A stretch of DNA of 64,000 bases from Candidatus Latescibacterota bacterium (GTDB lineage: Bacteria; Latescibacterota; UBA2968; UBA8231): NCBI GenBank assembly GCA_965242865.1, contig CBDETK010000013.1, forward strand, positions 4,032,001 to 4,096,000. The letters are read 5' to 3'. The stretch's first letter is position 1. Every line of letters begins with the position of its first letter. The translations under genes were made by a program, and so were the position numbers. A model generated the notes under the pieces. It was given only the letters and a program-made list of their open reading frames with translations, made no database searches and had not been told where the DNA came from. Shown piece by piece: positions 1-13,047 of the stretch.

Positions 1-565
1 CGATGAGGTCAAAGGGCGCGGCGCTGCTAAGGGGAGCGAACAGATCGCCGCAGTGCCACTCGACGCGCTCGGCTAGCCCGCAGCGGAGGCCGTTGGCCTT
101 TGCTGCTGCTAACGCCGCGGCCGATACGTCGGCCGCGGCCACTTGGGCCGTGGCCGCCTCGTGGGCCAGCGACAGGGCGACCGCTCCTGAGCCGCAACAC
201 AGGTCGAGAACTCGGCCGCCCTCGGGCAACAGCTCCAAGGCCACCTCGACGAGCACTTCGGTCTCGGGGCGCGGGATCAACACCGCCGGCGTCACGGTCA
301 GCTCTAGGTGGCGAAAGGCCGCCACGCCCGTGATGTACTGCACCGGGACGCGCCGCAATCGCTGACGCACGTATTCTCGGTAGCGGTCCACTTCGCTGCG
401 GTGCAAGGGGCGTTCAAATTGCAGGTAGAGATCGAGGCGTTTGACGCCGAGCACGGCGGCGAGCAGCAGCTCGGCTTGGAGACGGGCGTTTTCCAGCCCC
501 TTTGACGCGAAGAACCGGCTCGTGTTTTCGAGGATGTCGAGCAGCCGCCAAGCGCGCCCGCTCAT
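1..565 (-). CDS. prmC: Release factor glutamine methyltransferase PrmC/HemK, truncated by the window edge
   Basis: My translation from ATG 565 (overlapping the prfA stop): [54 protein letters not shown]...; directly downstream of prfA. Confidence 0.92.
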   Translation of the reverse strand, partial: MSGRAWRLLDILENTSRFFASKGLENARLQAELLLAAVLGVKRLDLYLQFERPLHRSEVDRYREYVRQRLRRVPVQYITGVAAFRHLELTVTPAVLIPRPETEVLVEVALELLPEGGRVLDLCCGSGAVALSLAHEAATAQVAAADVSAAALAAAKANGLRCGLAERVEWHCGDLFAPLSSAAPFDLI

Positions 566-1629
566 CGGGCTGACGCCAGCGCGTCCTGCTGAGAGGCGTG
601 GGCCAATTGCTCGATGAATTTTTCAAAATCGCCGTCGAGGACTTCCTCTAGGCGATAGAGAGACAAACCAATGCGGTGATCGGTAACTCGGCCCTGCGGG
701 AAGTTGTACGTGCGAATTTTCGCGCTGCGGTCACCGGAGCCGATCTGACCGGCGCGGGCGGCGTCGCGCTCGGCCTTTTGCTCGGCCTGCAATTTGTCGT
801 AGAGCCGAGCGCGGAGAACCTTCAACGCCTTGTTCTTGTTCTTGAGCTGCGACTTCTCGTCTTGACAGGAGACGATAATGCCCGTTGGGATGTGGGTGAT
901 TTTCACCGCCGAGTCCGTGGTGTTGACGCTCTGGCCGCCCGGCCCACTGGAGCGGTACACTTCGATTTTCAAATCCTCGGGGGCGATTGCCACCTCCACC
1001 TCCTCGGCTTCGGACAAGACCGCCACCGACGCGGCCGACGTGTGAATCCGGCCCGAAGCCTCGGTTTTGGGGACCCGCTGCACGCGGTGTACGCCGCTTT
1101 CAAACTTGAGTTGGCCGAAGGCGTCCGCGCCCGACACCAAAAACACCACCTCCTTCAAGCCGCCGGCCGGGTTCTGACTTGAAGAAAGCTCCTCGGTTTT
1201 TAAGCCCTTGCGCTCGGCAAAGCGGTGGTACATGCGGTACAGATCACTGGCGAAAAGCCCGGCTTCGTCGCCGCCCGTGCCGGCGCGGATCTCGACGATG
1301 GCGTTGCGACCGTCGTTGGGATCTTTGGGGATCAGCAGCACTTTGAGGGTTTCTTCTAGCCGCGCCACTTTTCCTTGCAATGGGTCGCGTTCGGCTGCGG
1401 CCAATTCGACGAGCTCTGAGTCGCTGCCCTCGGCGATGATCTCCTCGGCCTCTACGAGCTGTTCCAGCGCGGCGCGGTACTGGCCCGCTAAATCCACCAC
1501 TTCCTGCAAGTCGCCCATGTCTCGCGCCAATTTTTGGTACTGGGCCGGGTTTTGGCTGGTGGACGGATCGGCCATGAGCGCACTGAGCTCTTCGTAGCGC
1601 TGCTCGTATTCGCTCAATTTGTCTAACAC
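562..1629 (-). CDS. prfA: Peptide chain release factor 1
   Basis: GGQ motif ([10 protein letters not shown]), PKT anticodon motif (VPKTE), [11 protein letters not shown]; GTG start at 1629 avoids overlap with rpmE. Confidence 0.97.
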   Translation of the reverse strand: MLDKLSEYEQRYEELSALMADPSTSQNPAQYQKLARDMGDLQEVVDLAGQYRAALEQLVEAEEIIAEGSDSELVELAAAERDPLQGKVARLEETLKVLLIPKDPNDGRNAIVEIRAGTGGDEAGLFASDLYRMYHRFAERKGLKTEELSSSQNPAGGLKEVVFLVSGADAFGQLKFESGVHRVQRVPKTEASGRIHTSAASVAVLSEAEEVEVAIAPEDLKIEVYRSSGPGGQSVNTTDSAVKITHIPTGIIVSCQDEKSQLKNKNKALKVLRARLYDKLQAEQKAERDAARAGQIGSGDRSAKIRTYNFPQGRVTDHRIGLSLYRLEEVLDGDFEKFIEQLAHASQQDALASAR

Positions 1630-1657
1630 GTTAGGGCGCGGCGCGCGAGGCGAATGG

Positions 1658-1915
1658 CTAGGCTTGCGTTTTGGTGCCGTAGCGGCGGTTGAACTGGTCA
1701 ATGCGCCCGCCGCGATCCATGATCTGCTGACGCTTGCCTGTGTAGAAAGGATGCGACGCCGAGCTGATTTCGACCCGAATCACCGGATAGGAATTCCCGT
1801 CTTCCCACTCCATCGTCTCTTTGGACTTCATCGTTGAACGCGATAGTATCTTGTAGTCGCAGCTAGTGTCGAGAAAAATAACCGTTTGGTACGGGGGATG
1901 CATGTCTTTTTGCAC
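1658..1915 (-). CDS. rpmE2: 50S ribosomal protein L31, type B (zinc-free)
   Basis: MQKDMHPPY...[12 protein letters not shown]...[11 protein letters not shown]; no CxC/CxxC zinc ribbon. Confidence 0.93.
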   Translation of the reverse strand: MQKDMHPPYQTVIFLDTSCDYKILSRSTMKSKETMEWEDGNSYPVIRVEISSASHPFYTGKRQQIMDRGGRIDQFNRRYGTKTQA

Positions 1916-1964
1916 CGTTGCACTCCTCTCTTTTTGGGCGGTGACGAGTTAAAAAACAAGGCGG

Positions 1965-3284
1965 CTAGTCGTTCATGGCCTTGAGGAATTCCTCGTTGGA
2001 TTCCGTGCCCTGCATGCGCTCTTGGAGGAACTCCATGCCCTCAATGACTCCCATCTGATTGAGGATGCGGCGCAGTACCCACGAGCGATTCAATTCAAAC
2101 TCCGTGAGCAGGAGCTCTTCTTTGCGGGTGCTCGTCGCCGTCACATCTACGGCCGGATAGACGCGGCGGTTGCTCAACCGGCGGTCTAGCTGCACCTGCA
2201 TATTGCCCGTGCCTTTGAATTCCTCAAAGATCACCTCGTCCATGCGACTCCCGGTCTCGACCAAGGCCGTGGCGATAATCGTCAGGCTGCCGCCTTCTTC
2301 GAGGTTGCGGGCCGCAGCGAAAAAACGGCGCGGCCACTGCAAAGCCGTCGAGTCAACGCCGCCGGAGAGAATTCGGCCCGAGTGCGGCGTCACCGTATTG
2401 TAGGCCCGCGCCAAGCGCGTGATGCTGTCGAGCAGGACGACCACATCCCGCTTGTGCTCGACTAGACGCCGGGCTTTCTCGATCACCATGTCCGCCACCT
2501 GCACGTGCCGCGTAGCCGACTCGTCAAAGGTTGAACTGACGACTTCGCCTTGGACCGAACGCAGCATATCCGTGACTTCCTCGGGGCGTTCATCAATGAG
2601 TAAGACGATGAGAATCGCTTCGGGATGGTTGGTGGTAATGGCGTTGGCGACCTTTTGCAGAAGCATGGTTTTGCCGGTGAAAGGCGGCGCTACGATTAGG
2701 CCGCGCTGCCCCTTGCCGATGGGCGAGAGCAAGTCGAGAATCCGCGTCGTCATGTCCTTGGGATTGTGTTCCAACTTGAAGCGATCTGTGGGATGCAAGG
2801 CCGTCAGGTTCTCGAAGATCGTCTTGTTCTTGGTGACTTCTGGATCGTCGAAATTGATCGCCTCAACTCGCAGCAACGCAAAATACTTCTCGTCGTTTTT
2901 CGGCGGGCGGATCTGACCGGAGATCGTGTCGCCCGTGCGCAGGCTAAACCGCTTGATCTGCGAGTGGGAAACGTAGATGTCGTCGGGGCCGGGCAAGTAG
3001 TTATAGCTCGGCGAGCGGAGAAAGCCGAATCCCTCTTCTAGCACCTCCAAAGTGCCTTGGGCAAAGATCAGCCCACTGCGCTCGGTCTGGTGCTTGAGGA
3101 TGGAGAAGATCAGCTCCTGCTTGCGCAAAGAGGTGCAATCTACCACTTCCAATTTCTTGGCCAGCTCTTGGAGATCCAAGATGTTCATGCGCTGGAGTTC
3201 GACAATATTCATTTTCTGCGTTCTATTGGCAGGCGGCATCTTTTCCTTGCGACCTTTCTTGCGGTTAAAGTTGTAGGTTCTCAA
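1965..3284 (-). CDS. rho: Transcription termination factor Rho
   Basis: [46 protein letters not shown]; true start may be 3239. Confidence 0.97.
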   Translation of the reverse strand: MRTYNFNRKKGRKEKMPPANRTQKMNIVELQRMNILDLQELAKKLEVVDCTSLRKQELIFSILKHQTERSGLIFAQGTLEVLEEGFGFLRSPSYNYLPGPDDIYVSHSQIKRFSLRTGDTISGQIRPPKNDEKYFALLRVEAINFDDPEVTKNKTIFENLTALHPTDRFKLEHNPKDMTTRILDLLSPIGKGQRGLIVAPPFTGKTMLLQKVANAITTNHPEAILIVLLIDERPEEVTDMLRSVQGEVVSSTFDESATRHVQVADMVIEKARRLVEHKRDVVVLLDSITRLARAYNTVTPHSGRILSGGVDSTALQWPRRFFAAARNLEEGGSLTIIATALVETGSRMDEVIFEEFKGTGNMQVQLDRRLSNRRVYPAVDVTATSTRKEELLLTEFELNRSWVLRRILNQMGVIEGMEFLQERMQGTESNEEFLKAMND

Positions 3285-3632
3285 AGCGGATATCTGGTTT
3301 GCGGCGGCACTAGAAGTACCATGGGCTATTGCGAGGATTGGATTGTTAAAAGCGGTAGTACCGCTAAAACACTAAAACCTAAGAGTATGCCGTATCTCGG
3401 CAAAATTCTTAATCGCTCAGGAGGTCTATCGCGAAGAATATATATCTAAAGGGAGAGTGGAATTTCAAGCGGGATAAACCGCTGAGGTATTTGCTTGGAA
3501 AAGATGAGGGGCGAAAGAGTTTAGAGGATACAGAGAACATCCTCGTTTGTCAAGACGTGATACCATAAAGATAGGACGCTCGCTCTTTGAGTGGGCGTCC
3601 TATCTTCGGCAACTTCTGCGATTTCTCGGCCC

Positions 3633-4322
3633 CTATCGATTGACACCGACGGTGATCGCCGTCCGGGATACATCTTCATTGGAAGCAAAAGGCGCGACAA
3701 CGCCCGTTTCGTTGTCGCCGTCAAAGGCTCTTACATCATAGACATAGGAAGAGCCGCTGACGACGTCGGCGTCGACAAATTCGGAGCTGCCCGGCCCCAG
3801 CGTGGCGATCAACTGTTCGCTGCCCTGTTCCTGAGTTACGGCCTTGCCAAAATCATCGGCGAAACGGAGAAAGTCATCGATGTCGATTTGGCCATTGGGC
3901 ACTATGTCGAAGAACAACTCAAAATCCGCATCGGCATCAGAAGTGCCGATGCGATCGGCCAAGAGGAAGAAGTCGTCAAAGTCAACTTTGGTCCCCTCGC
4001 GCGTAAACCAGCCGAGCACTACCTCGCCGCTATCGTCCGTGGGCAGAAAGAGATCCGTGCGATACACGCGATAGCCGTGTACGTCGCCCGTGGGCACCAC
4101 TTGGCTGCCAAAGGTCGTAAACGAACGAGCGTCGTCTGTTGATAGCGTCCAAGAGATCGACACGGATGGGTCGCCGCCGGAGGTAGCGAGCACTTGCAGG
4201 TCGGTCACAGGTGCCGGAGGAATATTATCGACGGAAGCTACGGGCCCGGAGGTGGTCAACTGAGCGGCCGCGGGAACAGCGCAAAAAGCGGCGAGCGCAA
4301 CGATGCGGAGATACTCTTTCAT
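3633..4322 (-). CDS. Secreted FN3-like protein with an internal dockerin/EF-hand-like module
   Basis: Signal peptide; SWTLS..GYRVYR..YVYDVRAFD FN3 pattern; VDFDDFFLLAD / NGQIDIDDFLRFADDFG pair; AGGAG RBS. Confidence 0.7.
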   Translation of the reverse strand: MKEYLRIVALAAFCAVPAAAQLTTSGPVASVDNIPPAPVTDLQVLATSGGDPSVSISWTLSTDDARSFTTFGSQVVPTGDVHGYRVYRTDLFLPTDDSGEVVLGWFTREGTKVDFDDFFLLADRIGTSDADADFELFFDIVPNGQIDIDDFLRFADDFGKAVTQEQGSEQLIATLGPGSSEFVDADVVSGSSYVYDVRAFDGDNETGVVAPFASNEDVSRTAITVGVNR

Positions 4323-4355
4323 CGAACTATACTCCTTTTGAAAGGATGGAATAAC

Positions 4356-5021
4356 CTAGTACAAGCTGGTGCCGAGGTTATCGGCCCAAAGGAAGAAGTC
4401 CTCGAGAGCAACCACGCCGTTGCCGTCGATGTCTGTGGCTGGATCGAATTCGGCTTGGCCGAAGTTGGCCTGAAAAATTCCGTAGTCGTCGAGGTCCACA
4501 TCGCCGTCGTAGTCAAAGTCGCCGAGGAGCAACATGTTCTTGACTTCGGCCGACTCGATGGGAGCGCTCTCGTTGCCGCTAGCATCAACAACCGAGACCA
4601 TGTAGAAATACCGCTTGCTCCCCTCCCCCACATCGATTGAGGCATCGACTAAGGACGTTACGCCAGCATTAGCAGTGCCGACTATGGCCAAGTTGCCGTC
4701 AGCGTCGTCGGCGAGACGACGCCATATATTGTAGCCTGCGACATCGTTGACGTTGGTAAAGGTGCCGCCCGACGTAAAGTCGCTGCTCGTCGGGGTCTGG
4801 CGCATGACATCGTCGCCGGACAAGGCCCAAGAGACGGTGATGCTCCGTCCGCCTTCGTCGAACTCAGCCTGTACTCCGCTGACGGGACTAGGTGCGAGAT
4901 CGTCTGTATCTGCCGCAGTCCCTGAGACCGCTAGCTGCGCTGCCGCCGGACTCGCGCACAGAAAAACGCTGAGGCCCAACAGGGCCAAATTCGCGATAGC
5001 TCTCTTTATGCCTTTCGACAT
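4356..5021 (-). CDS. Secreted FN3-like protein with a C-terminal dockerin/EF-hand-like module
   Basis: GAGGAGG RBS before ATG 5021; signal peptide; GYNIWRR..YFYMVSVVD; GDFDYDGDVDLDDY and DIDGNGVVALEDF Ca-loop repeats. Confidence 0.75.
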   Translation of the reverse strand: MSKGIKRAIANLALLGLSVFLCASPAAAQLAVSGTAADTDDLAPSPVSGVQAEFDEGGRSITVSWALSGDDVMRQTPTSSDFTSGGTFTNVNDVAGYNIWRRLADDADGNLAIVGTANAGVTSLVDASIDVGEGSKRYFYMVSVVDASGNESAPIESAEVKNMLLLGDFDYDGDVDLDDYGIFQANFGQAEFDPATDIDGNGVVALEDFFLWADNLGTSLY

Positions 5022-5135
5022 ATCTGATATCCTCCTCTTAATGCTCAATGGGTCAAAATTCTGAAATACCAAAATACCAATAGTTTGCTGTAAACTCAAG
5101 GAATTAACGCAAATTAGCGGTGCTAACGGACTTTC

Positions 5136-5164
5136 TTGACCCGGTTAATGGGCTGCCATATCTT
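5136..5164 (+). promoter_or_regulatory. Putative sigma70 promoter of dnaG
   Basis: TTGACC-17 bp-TATCTT, 45 bp upstream of the ATG. Confidence 0.45.
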
Positions 5165-5208
5165 GCTCAACGGCCCTGTTAATATAGAGAAAAAGCCCCC
5201 TGCTAGCA

Positions 5209-7011
5209 ATGCCACGCAACCACGAAGCGGAAGCCGTGCGCGAGCGCATCCGCGACGCCACCGACATCGTCGATCTGGTCTCCGAACACGTCCAACTCGT
5301 CAAGAAAGGCCGCAACTTTTCCGGCCTCTGCCCTTTTCACGACGAAAAAACCCCCTCTTTCAGCGTCAATCCCGACCGCCAATTCTACCACTGCTTCGGC
5401 TGCGGCGCCGGCGGCGATGTCTTCAGGTTCGTCCAAGAGATCGATCGCGTCACTTTTGCCGAAGCGATCAAGTTCCTCGCCGAGCGGGCCGGCATCGCCC
5501 TACCCGAGCGTTCAGGGGGGCCATCGCACGAGAAGGCTGCGGCCGAAGACGAGCTCTACCGCGCCAACGACCTAGCACAAAAGTACTTTCACCATCTATT
5601 GCTCAACGACGAGGTTGGCGCTGGTGCCCGCACGTATCTACAGGCGCGCGGCCTCGCCGGCGAAACCATCGCGCGCTTCGGCTTGGGGTACGCGCCGCCG
5701 GCGTGGGATGCCTTGCTCAAAGTAGCCGGTCGCCGAGGCTTGAGTCCCCAGATCTTGGAGCGGGCCGGGTTGGCGTTGCCGCGCTCCAACAGCAGCGGCC
5801 ACTACGACCGCTTTCGCGCCCGGGTCACTTTTCCCATTGCCAATCTCTCCAATCGGACCATTGCCTTCGGTGCCCGCGCACTCCAGCCCGACCAAAACCC
5901 TAAGTACCTGAACTCGCCCGAAACGCCCATCTACCACAAGGGCCGGGTGCTCTATGGGCTATCCAGTGCCCGCGACGCCATCCGCCGCCAAGATGCCGTG
6001 CTAGTCGTCGAAGGCTACACGGACCTACTCAGCCTAGCGCAGGCCGGCATCCAGCACGTAGTCGCAACGGCCGGCACGGCCCTAACTGAGGACCACGGCC
6101 GCTTGTTGGCTCGCTTTGCCCGCCGATTAGTACTGCTGTTCGACGGCGACGCGGCCGGTTCCACGGCCGCCATGCGCGCCCTCGAAGTCCTCCTCGGCAC
6201 GAGCTTAGACGTCCGCGTCGTCTCGCTGCCTTCCGAGCACGACCCCGATACCTTCGTCCAAGCGCACGGCCCCGAAGCCCTGCTCAACCAAGCCGAAAAC
6301 GCCCCGTTGGTCCTCGACTTTTACCTCGGGCGACTCGCCCAACAGCACGACCTCTCCAGCATTGAGGGCAAGAGCCGCGCCGTCGAAACGGTCAAGCCGC
6401 TCATAGCCAAGCTGAACAAGCCCCAAGATGCGGTCCGCCGCGACTTGCTGCTGCGAGAAGTCGCCCAGCGTCTAGCGGTTGACGAACAGGCCCTGCGCGA
6501 CGGGGTGCAAGCCTCCATGCGCCGGCCCCAACGGTCGCGTCAAGGCGTTGCCGACCCGCCGCCAACGGCCGCGCCCGACCCGCCGCGCCACGAACTCGAA
6601 TTCATCGGCCTGTTGATCCACTTTCCGCAGTTCATACCCGAAACGGCCCAGGAATTCGCCGCTGACTCGCTGAGCGACGCCCGCACCCAGACGCTGTGTC
6701 GCGCGCTCTTCAGCCTCCATGCCCGCGGCAAAGCCATCGACCTAGGCGCGATTCTCAGCGAGCTAGCGGACGACGCACTCGCCCGCCTAGCCGCCCAATG
6801 TGCAGCCCAAGGTTTCGACGAGGAGCAAGTCGAGCGGCAATGGCGCGACTACTTGCTTTACTTTCAGAAAAATGCGCTGCAAAAGCGCATCGCCAATGCA
6901 CGGCAAGCCCTCGCCGCGACATCCGACGACAGCGAAATTGTCCGCATCAGCACCGAGCTCGTCGCGCTCAACCAACAGCGCCAAGCCATCGCGGCCCAAC
7001 AAAGCTCTTGA
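5209..7011 (+). CDS. dnaG: DNA primase
   Basis: CPFH..CFGC zinc finger, KYLNSPET, VEGYTD, FDGDAAG TOPRIM motifs. Confidence 0.97.
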   Translation: MPRNHEAEAVRERIRDATDIVDLVSEHVQLVKKGRNFSGLCPFHDEKTPSFSVNPDRQFYHCFGCGAGGDVFRFVQEIDRVTFAEAIKFLAERAGIALPERSGGPSHEKAAAEDELYRANDLAQKYFHHLLLNDEVGAGARTYLQARGLAGETIARFGLGYAPPAWDALLKVAGRRGLSPQILERAGLALPRSNSSGHYDRFRARVTFPIANLSNRTIAFGARALQPDQNPKYLNSPETPIYHKGRVLYGLSSARDAIRRQDAVLVVEGYTDLLSLAQAGIQHVVATAGTALTEDHGRLLARFARRLVLLFDGDAAGSTAAMRALEVLLGTSLDVRVVSLPSEHDPDTFVQAHGPEALLNQAENAPLVLDFYLGRLAQQHDLSSIEGKSRAVETVKPLIAKLNKPQDAVRRDLLLREVAQRLAVDEQALRDGVQASMRRPQRSRQGVADPPPTAAPDPPRHELEFIGLLIHFPQFIPETAQEFAADSLSDARTQTLCRALFSLHARGKAIDLGAILSELADDALARLAAQCAAQGFDEEQVERQWRDYLLYFQKNALQKRIANARQALAATSDDSEIVRISTELVALNQQRQAIAAQQSS

Positions 7012-7051
7012 CCTGTTGGGGAAAAATCCTAGATTTTTAGCAGCGTTACAG

Positions 7052-7128
<77 letters not shown>

Positions 7129-7146
7129 TTACTTTTACTTTATGCG

Positions 7147-7189
7147 CGGTTACGAGGATTGGGGCCACCAATTTTTGTAGCCGTTTTTT
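7147..7189 (+). terminator. Intrinsic terminator after the tRNA
   Basis: CGGTTACGAGGATTGG/CCAATTTTTGTAGCCG stem (with GU pairs) followed by a T-run. Confidence 0.6.
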
Positions 7190-7259
7190 ATTTCTCAACC
7201 TATGTCCGCGCCCTTCCTTTGCGTCCGCATTGGATGGAAGGCGGGTGTGGGGGAGACGT

Positions 7260-9448
<2,189 letters not shown>

Positions 9449-9452
<4 letters not shown>

Positions 9453-9477
9453 CGCCGCAACCGTGGGGGGCTACCTT
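9449..9477 (+). promoter_or_regulatory. Putative sigma70 promoter of tRNA-Val
   Basis: TTGACG-17 bp-TACCTT, 13 bp before the tRNA. Confidence 0.45.
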
Positions 9478-9490
9478 AGAAAATGCTCTT

Positions 9491-9567
9491 GGGCGATTAG
9501 CTCAGTTGGTTAGAGCGCCGGTCTCACATACCGGAGGTCCGCAGTTCAAATCTGCGATCGCCCACCA
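9491..9567 (+). tRNA. tRNA-Val(CAC)
   Basis: GGGCGAT/ATCGCCC acceptor stem, anticodon arm CCGGT-CTCACAT-ACCGG, GTTCAA T-loop, CCA end. Confidence 0.93.
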
Positions 9568-9572
9568 TCGCC

Positions 9573-9616
9573 AAGGCCGTGCCAGCGCCTTTCAGCTCGC
9601 ACGGCCTTTCTCTTCT
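9573..9616 (+). terminator. Hairpin/terminator after tRNA-Val
   Basis: AAGGCCGTGC...GCACGGCCTT inverted repeat followed by a pyrimidine run. Confidence 0.5.
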
Positions 9617-9680
9617 GCCAAAGCAACAGGCATCTACCCGCAAGTAGATGCCTGTTGTTGGTTCTGCAATCCGCGCCGCG

Positions 9681-10355
9681 CTATGGATACAGCTGCTCTT
9701 TTACCACAGCCCAAGACAGCGGTAAAATAGTCGTTTTCAGGACGCGCTCGGGCGCTGTGCCCGCGTCCGGCCGCAAGTGCGTGGGAATGGATCCCGGGGT
9801 GCCCAGCTCGCGGGCGCCCGCGTCCCAGCCGCTTTGTTGGGTGGCTGTCGCCCAGCTTTCGGGCTGGTTGCCGGGCTGGTCAAAGGCAATGCGAACCATG
9901 GCGCTTTTGCTGGCCGAGTCGCCGGCGAAAGGAGCCCCCCGGCCATCGTCGGCCACGTCCACGAGTTGGCCACCGGCCTGCGGGTCCCCATCGTACAGAT
10001 GCAGGAGCAGCTTGGTGTTGGGCAGCGAAACAGCGGCGTCAACGCGCTGCGGTTCAACTGCGAGGAGGGATTTTTTGTGATCGGCCGCATAGTTGGCGAT
10101 GAGAAAGGTCTGCTTAGGGAGAATCGCAGCGGCTTCGAGGACGATCATCACCTTGTCCTCGTTGCCACTGCGGTAGGTTAGGGTCCAGCCGGCCAGGTCA
10201 ACCGGCGCGTCGCCGGGATTGTAGAGTTCGACCCACTCGTCGGCAGTTGATGCCGTACTACCCGGCCACATCAGTTCGGAGATGACGACCGGGCCGGGTT
10301 GGGCCGAGACAGCAGCCGCGAAAGCGAAAAAGACTAAGGAGATAAAGGGGCGCAT
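9681..10355 (-). CDS. Secreted lamin-tail-domain (LTD) protein
   Basis: Signal peptide; VVISELMW..DEWVELYN..VDLAGWTL..GTPG LTD motifs; GGAGG RBS. Confidence 0.85.
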   Translation of the reverse strand: MRPFISLVFFAFAAAVSAQPGPVVISELMWPGSTASTADEWVELYNPGDAPVDLAGWTLTYRSGNEDKVMIVLEAAAILPKQTFLIANYAADHKKSLLAVEPQRVDAAVSLPNTKLLLHLYDGDPQAGGQLVDVADDGRGAPFAGDSASKSAMVRIAFDQPGNQPESWATATQQSGWDAGARELGTPGSIPTHLRPDAGTAPERVLKTTILPLSWAVVKEQLYP

Positions 10356-10520
10356 GGCAGCCTCCAGGTTGGGGTGAGATGGCAATTACCATGCGCTTAA
10401 TGCAATATGCGTACCTAGGGGCGTTGCCTTTTATAACTTATTGTAAAACATATAAATATCGAATTTGCCCGGCGCGTCGCACCCGCGCTCAGCGCGTCTG
10501 ATAGGCCACAGTTCTGACAC

Positions 10521-11948
10521 CTAGCCGATACAGTCGGCGCGGGCAGCGAGTGCCGTGCATAGCTTCTGTTGCAGGCCGCCGAAACCGCCATTGCTCATAA
10601 AAACCACCAAATCGCCCGCCCGGGCTTCCGCAGCCAAAAAGGCGACCATGGCTTCGGCGTCGGGCAGGTAGTGCGCCGGTTTGCCGGTGGCGCACAAACG
10701 CGCCACCAAGCGCTCGGGCGAGAATGGCTCGTCGCCTCGGGCGCGTTCGGGACGCGGGACCGCGGTGGCCGCGAACACATCGGCCAAGGCAAACGCCTCG
10801 ACGTACCGGTCCGCAAACAGGGCGCGGGCGTTGGTCGCGCTGGCTGGCTCGAAAACCGCGAGGAGCCGGCGTCCGGGATGGGACCGCCGCAGCCCCGCTA
10901 GGGTGTGGGCTACCGCAGTGGGATGGTGGGCGAAGTCGTCGATCAGGAGCACATCGTCGATGAGGCCAATTTGCTCCTGCCGCCGCTTGACCCCGGCAAA
11001 GCGGGTCAGGGCCGCCCGCAGGTCGCCCGCCGTCAGGCCGGCGTGAAACCCAGCGGCCAAGCTGGCGAGCGCGTTGCAGACGTTGTAATCGCCGCTCAGG
11101 GGCAGGTCGAACACCCCGACCTCGCGGCCGGCCCGGCACAAGGTGAAGCGCGTACCCGCGGCACTCGCTTGAAGGTTGGCGGCGCGCCAAAAAGCCCCTT
11201 CTTCGAGGCCAAAGGTCTCCACCGGCGCCGGCGCGGCCGGGAGGAGTTCGGCGACATTGGGGTCGGCGTCATGGGCCAGAATCAGACCGTTTTGCGGCAC
11301 CATGTTGATGAGTTGGCCGAAGGCGTTGGCGATTTCGGCGAGGTCTTGGTAGATGTCGGCGTGGTCGAATTCAAGGTTGTTGACGATCAGCACCTCGGGG
11401 AGGTAGTAGAAGAATTTCGCCCACTTGGCAAAAAAGGCGCTGTCGTATTCGTCGCCTTCAACGATGAAGTGCGGGCCGCGACCCAGCCGGTAGGAGCGGT
11501 CGAAGTTTTGCGGCACCCCGGCCACTAGAAAGGAAGGGTCCAAGCCCCCGGCGGTGAAAAGGTGGGCGATGAGCGCGGTCGTGGTGGTCTTGCCGTGGGT
11601 TCCGGTCACCACCACCGAGTGCTTGCCGCGAATAAAAAAATCGCGCAGCACTTCCGGGAGCGACGCGTAGGGAATCCGCCGCGACAGCACGGCCTCGGCC
11701 TCGGGGTTGCCCCGCGAGACCGCATTGCCAATGACGACCAAATCCGGCGGCGGCTCCAAGTGCTCGGCCGAGAACCCGGCCCGCACGTCAATCCCCAAGT
11801 CCGCGAGCAAGGTGCTCATCGGCGGATAGACGTGGCTGTCCGACCCGGTGACGCGATACCCCCGCTCGCGCAACATGCTGGCCAAAGACCCCATGGCCGT
11901 GCCGCAGACGGCGATCAAGTGAATGTGGGCACTCAAGGGAAGCTGCAT
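10521..11948 (-). CDS. mpl: UDP-MurNAc:L-Ala-gamma-D-Glu-mDAP ligase (murein peptide ligase)
   Basis: HIHLIAVCGTAMGSLA, GTHGKTTT, EGDEYDSAFF, DDFAHHPTA, MSNGGFGG. Confidence 0.88.
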   Translation of the reverse strand: MQLPLSAHIHLIAVCGTAMGSLASMLRERGYRVTGSDSHVYPPMSTLLADLGIDVRAGFSAEHLEPPPDLVVIGNAVSRGNPEAEAVLSRRIPYASLPEVLRDFFIRGKHSVVVTGTHGKTTTTALIAHLFTAGGLDPSFLVAGVPQNFDRSYRLGRGPHFIVEGDEYDSAFFAKWAKFFYYLPEVLIVNNLEFDHADIYQDLAEIANAFGQLINMVPQNGLILAHDADPNVAELLPAAPAPVETFGLEEGAFWRAANLQASAAGTRFTLCRAGREVGVFDLPLSGDYNVCNALASLAAGFHAGLTAGDLRAALTRFAGVKRRQEQIGLIDDVLLIDDFAHHPTAVAHTLAGLRRSHPGRRLLAVFEPASATNARALFADRYVEAFALADVFAATAVPRPERARGDEPFSPERLVARLCATGKPAHYLPDAEAMVAFLAAEARAGDLVVFMSNGGFGGLQQKLCTALAARADCIG

Positions 11949-12066
11949 GGCCGTATATACCGCTGGAGAAATGCGGGTGTCAAGGGAAGCCGGCCGGTTT
12001 GTGCGCGGTCAGCGGCGATTGTTTTATTGTGAAGGCACTTGCTGGCAAGAGACAAGAGAGGAGATC

Positions 12067-13047
12067 ATGGGCCAAGAGAAAAAAGCGGCCGAGGAGATTT
12101 TTCTGTCCCTCGTCATCCCCGTCTTTAACGAAGCGGAAAGCCTGCCCCATCTGTGGCGTCAGATCGCGGAGGTGCTGGCGACCGCAGAATGGGCTTGGGA
12201 GGCCATTTTCGTAGACGACGGGAGCACGGACGCCTCGTTTGCGGTCTTGGGCGAGCTGGCCAACCAGCATCCGCAGGTGTGCGCCCTGCGCTTCCGCCGC
12301 AACTACCGCAAGGCCGCGGCCCTCGCGGCCGGCTTCAAGCAGGCCCGGGGCCAAGTCATCGTCACCCTGGACGCCGACCTGCAAGACGATCCCCGCGAAA
12401 TCCCGCGGCTGCTGGCCGAGCTAAACCGCGATTGCGACTTGGTCTCCGGCTGGAAGGCCAAGCGGCGCGACCCTTTGAGCAAGACCCTTCCCTCCCGCTT
12501 GTTCAACCGGATTACCTCGCTGGTCTCCGGCGTGCGCCTGCGCGATTTCAACTGCGGCCTCAAGGCGTATCGGCGCGAGGTGGCCGAAGACGCGCTGCCG
12601 TACCTCTATGGGGAATTGTATCGGTTTTTGCCCGCCATTGCCCACTGGCTGGGCTATCGGGTCGGCGAGATTCCAGTGCAGCACCATCCCCGCCGCTTCG
12701 GGCACTCCAAATTCGGCAGCAAGCGGCTGCTCAACGGGTTTTTGGACCTGCTGACCGTGACCTTCGTCCTGCGCTTTATGACCGCGCCCATGCACGTCTT
12801 CGGCAGCTTGGGGCTGGGGGCCACGCTTTGCGGGTCGGTCGTCTGCGCGTACGTGGCCTTGTTGCGCTACGAGCACGGCAACATCCAAAATCGCCATCCC
12901 CTGCTCATGCTGGGCATCCTGCTGATCATCGTGGGCATTCAGTGCTTTTCCATTGGCTTTTTGGGCGACATGATCGCCAGCATGCACCAGCGCGGCGGGC
13001 GCACCCCACCCATTGCCGAGCACCTAAACCGGGGCGAGCTCGGCTAG
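12067..13047 (+). CDS. GT2 polyprenyl-phosphate glycosyltransferase (ArnC/DPM-like)
   Basis: IPVFNE, VDDGSTD, DADLQDDP, DFNCGLK; two C-terminal TM helices. Confidence 0.9.
   Translation: MGQEKKAAEEIFLSLVIPVFNEAESLPHLWRQIAEVLATAEWAWEAIFVDDGSTDASFAVLGELANQHPQVCALRFRRNYRKAAALAAGFKQARGQVIVTLDADLQDDPREIPRLLAELNRDCDLVSGWKAKRRDPLSKTLPSRLFNRITSLVSGVRLRDFNCGLKAYRREVAEDALPYLYGELYRFLPAIAHWLGYRVGEIPVQHHPRRFGHSKFGSKRLLNGFLDLLTVTFVLRFMTAPMHVFGSLGLGATLCGSVVCAYVALLRYEHGNIQNRHPLLMLGILLIIVGIQCFSIGFLGDMIASMHQRGGRTPPIAEHLNRGELG

Noticed and set aside
3285-3632. Riboswitch or ncRNA in the long AT-rich rho leader
   Set aside because: No recognisable structure; long leaders are normal for Rho autoregulation
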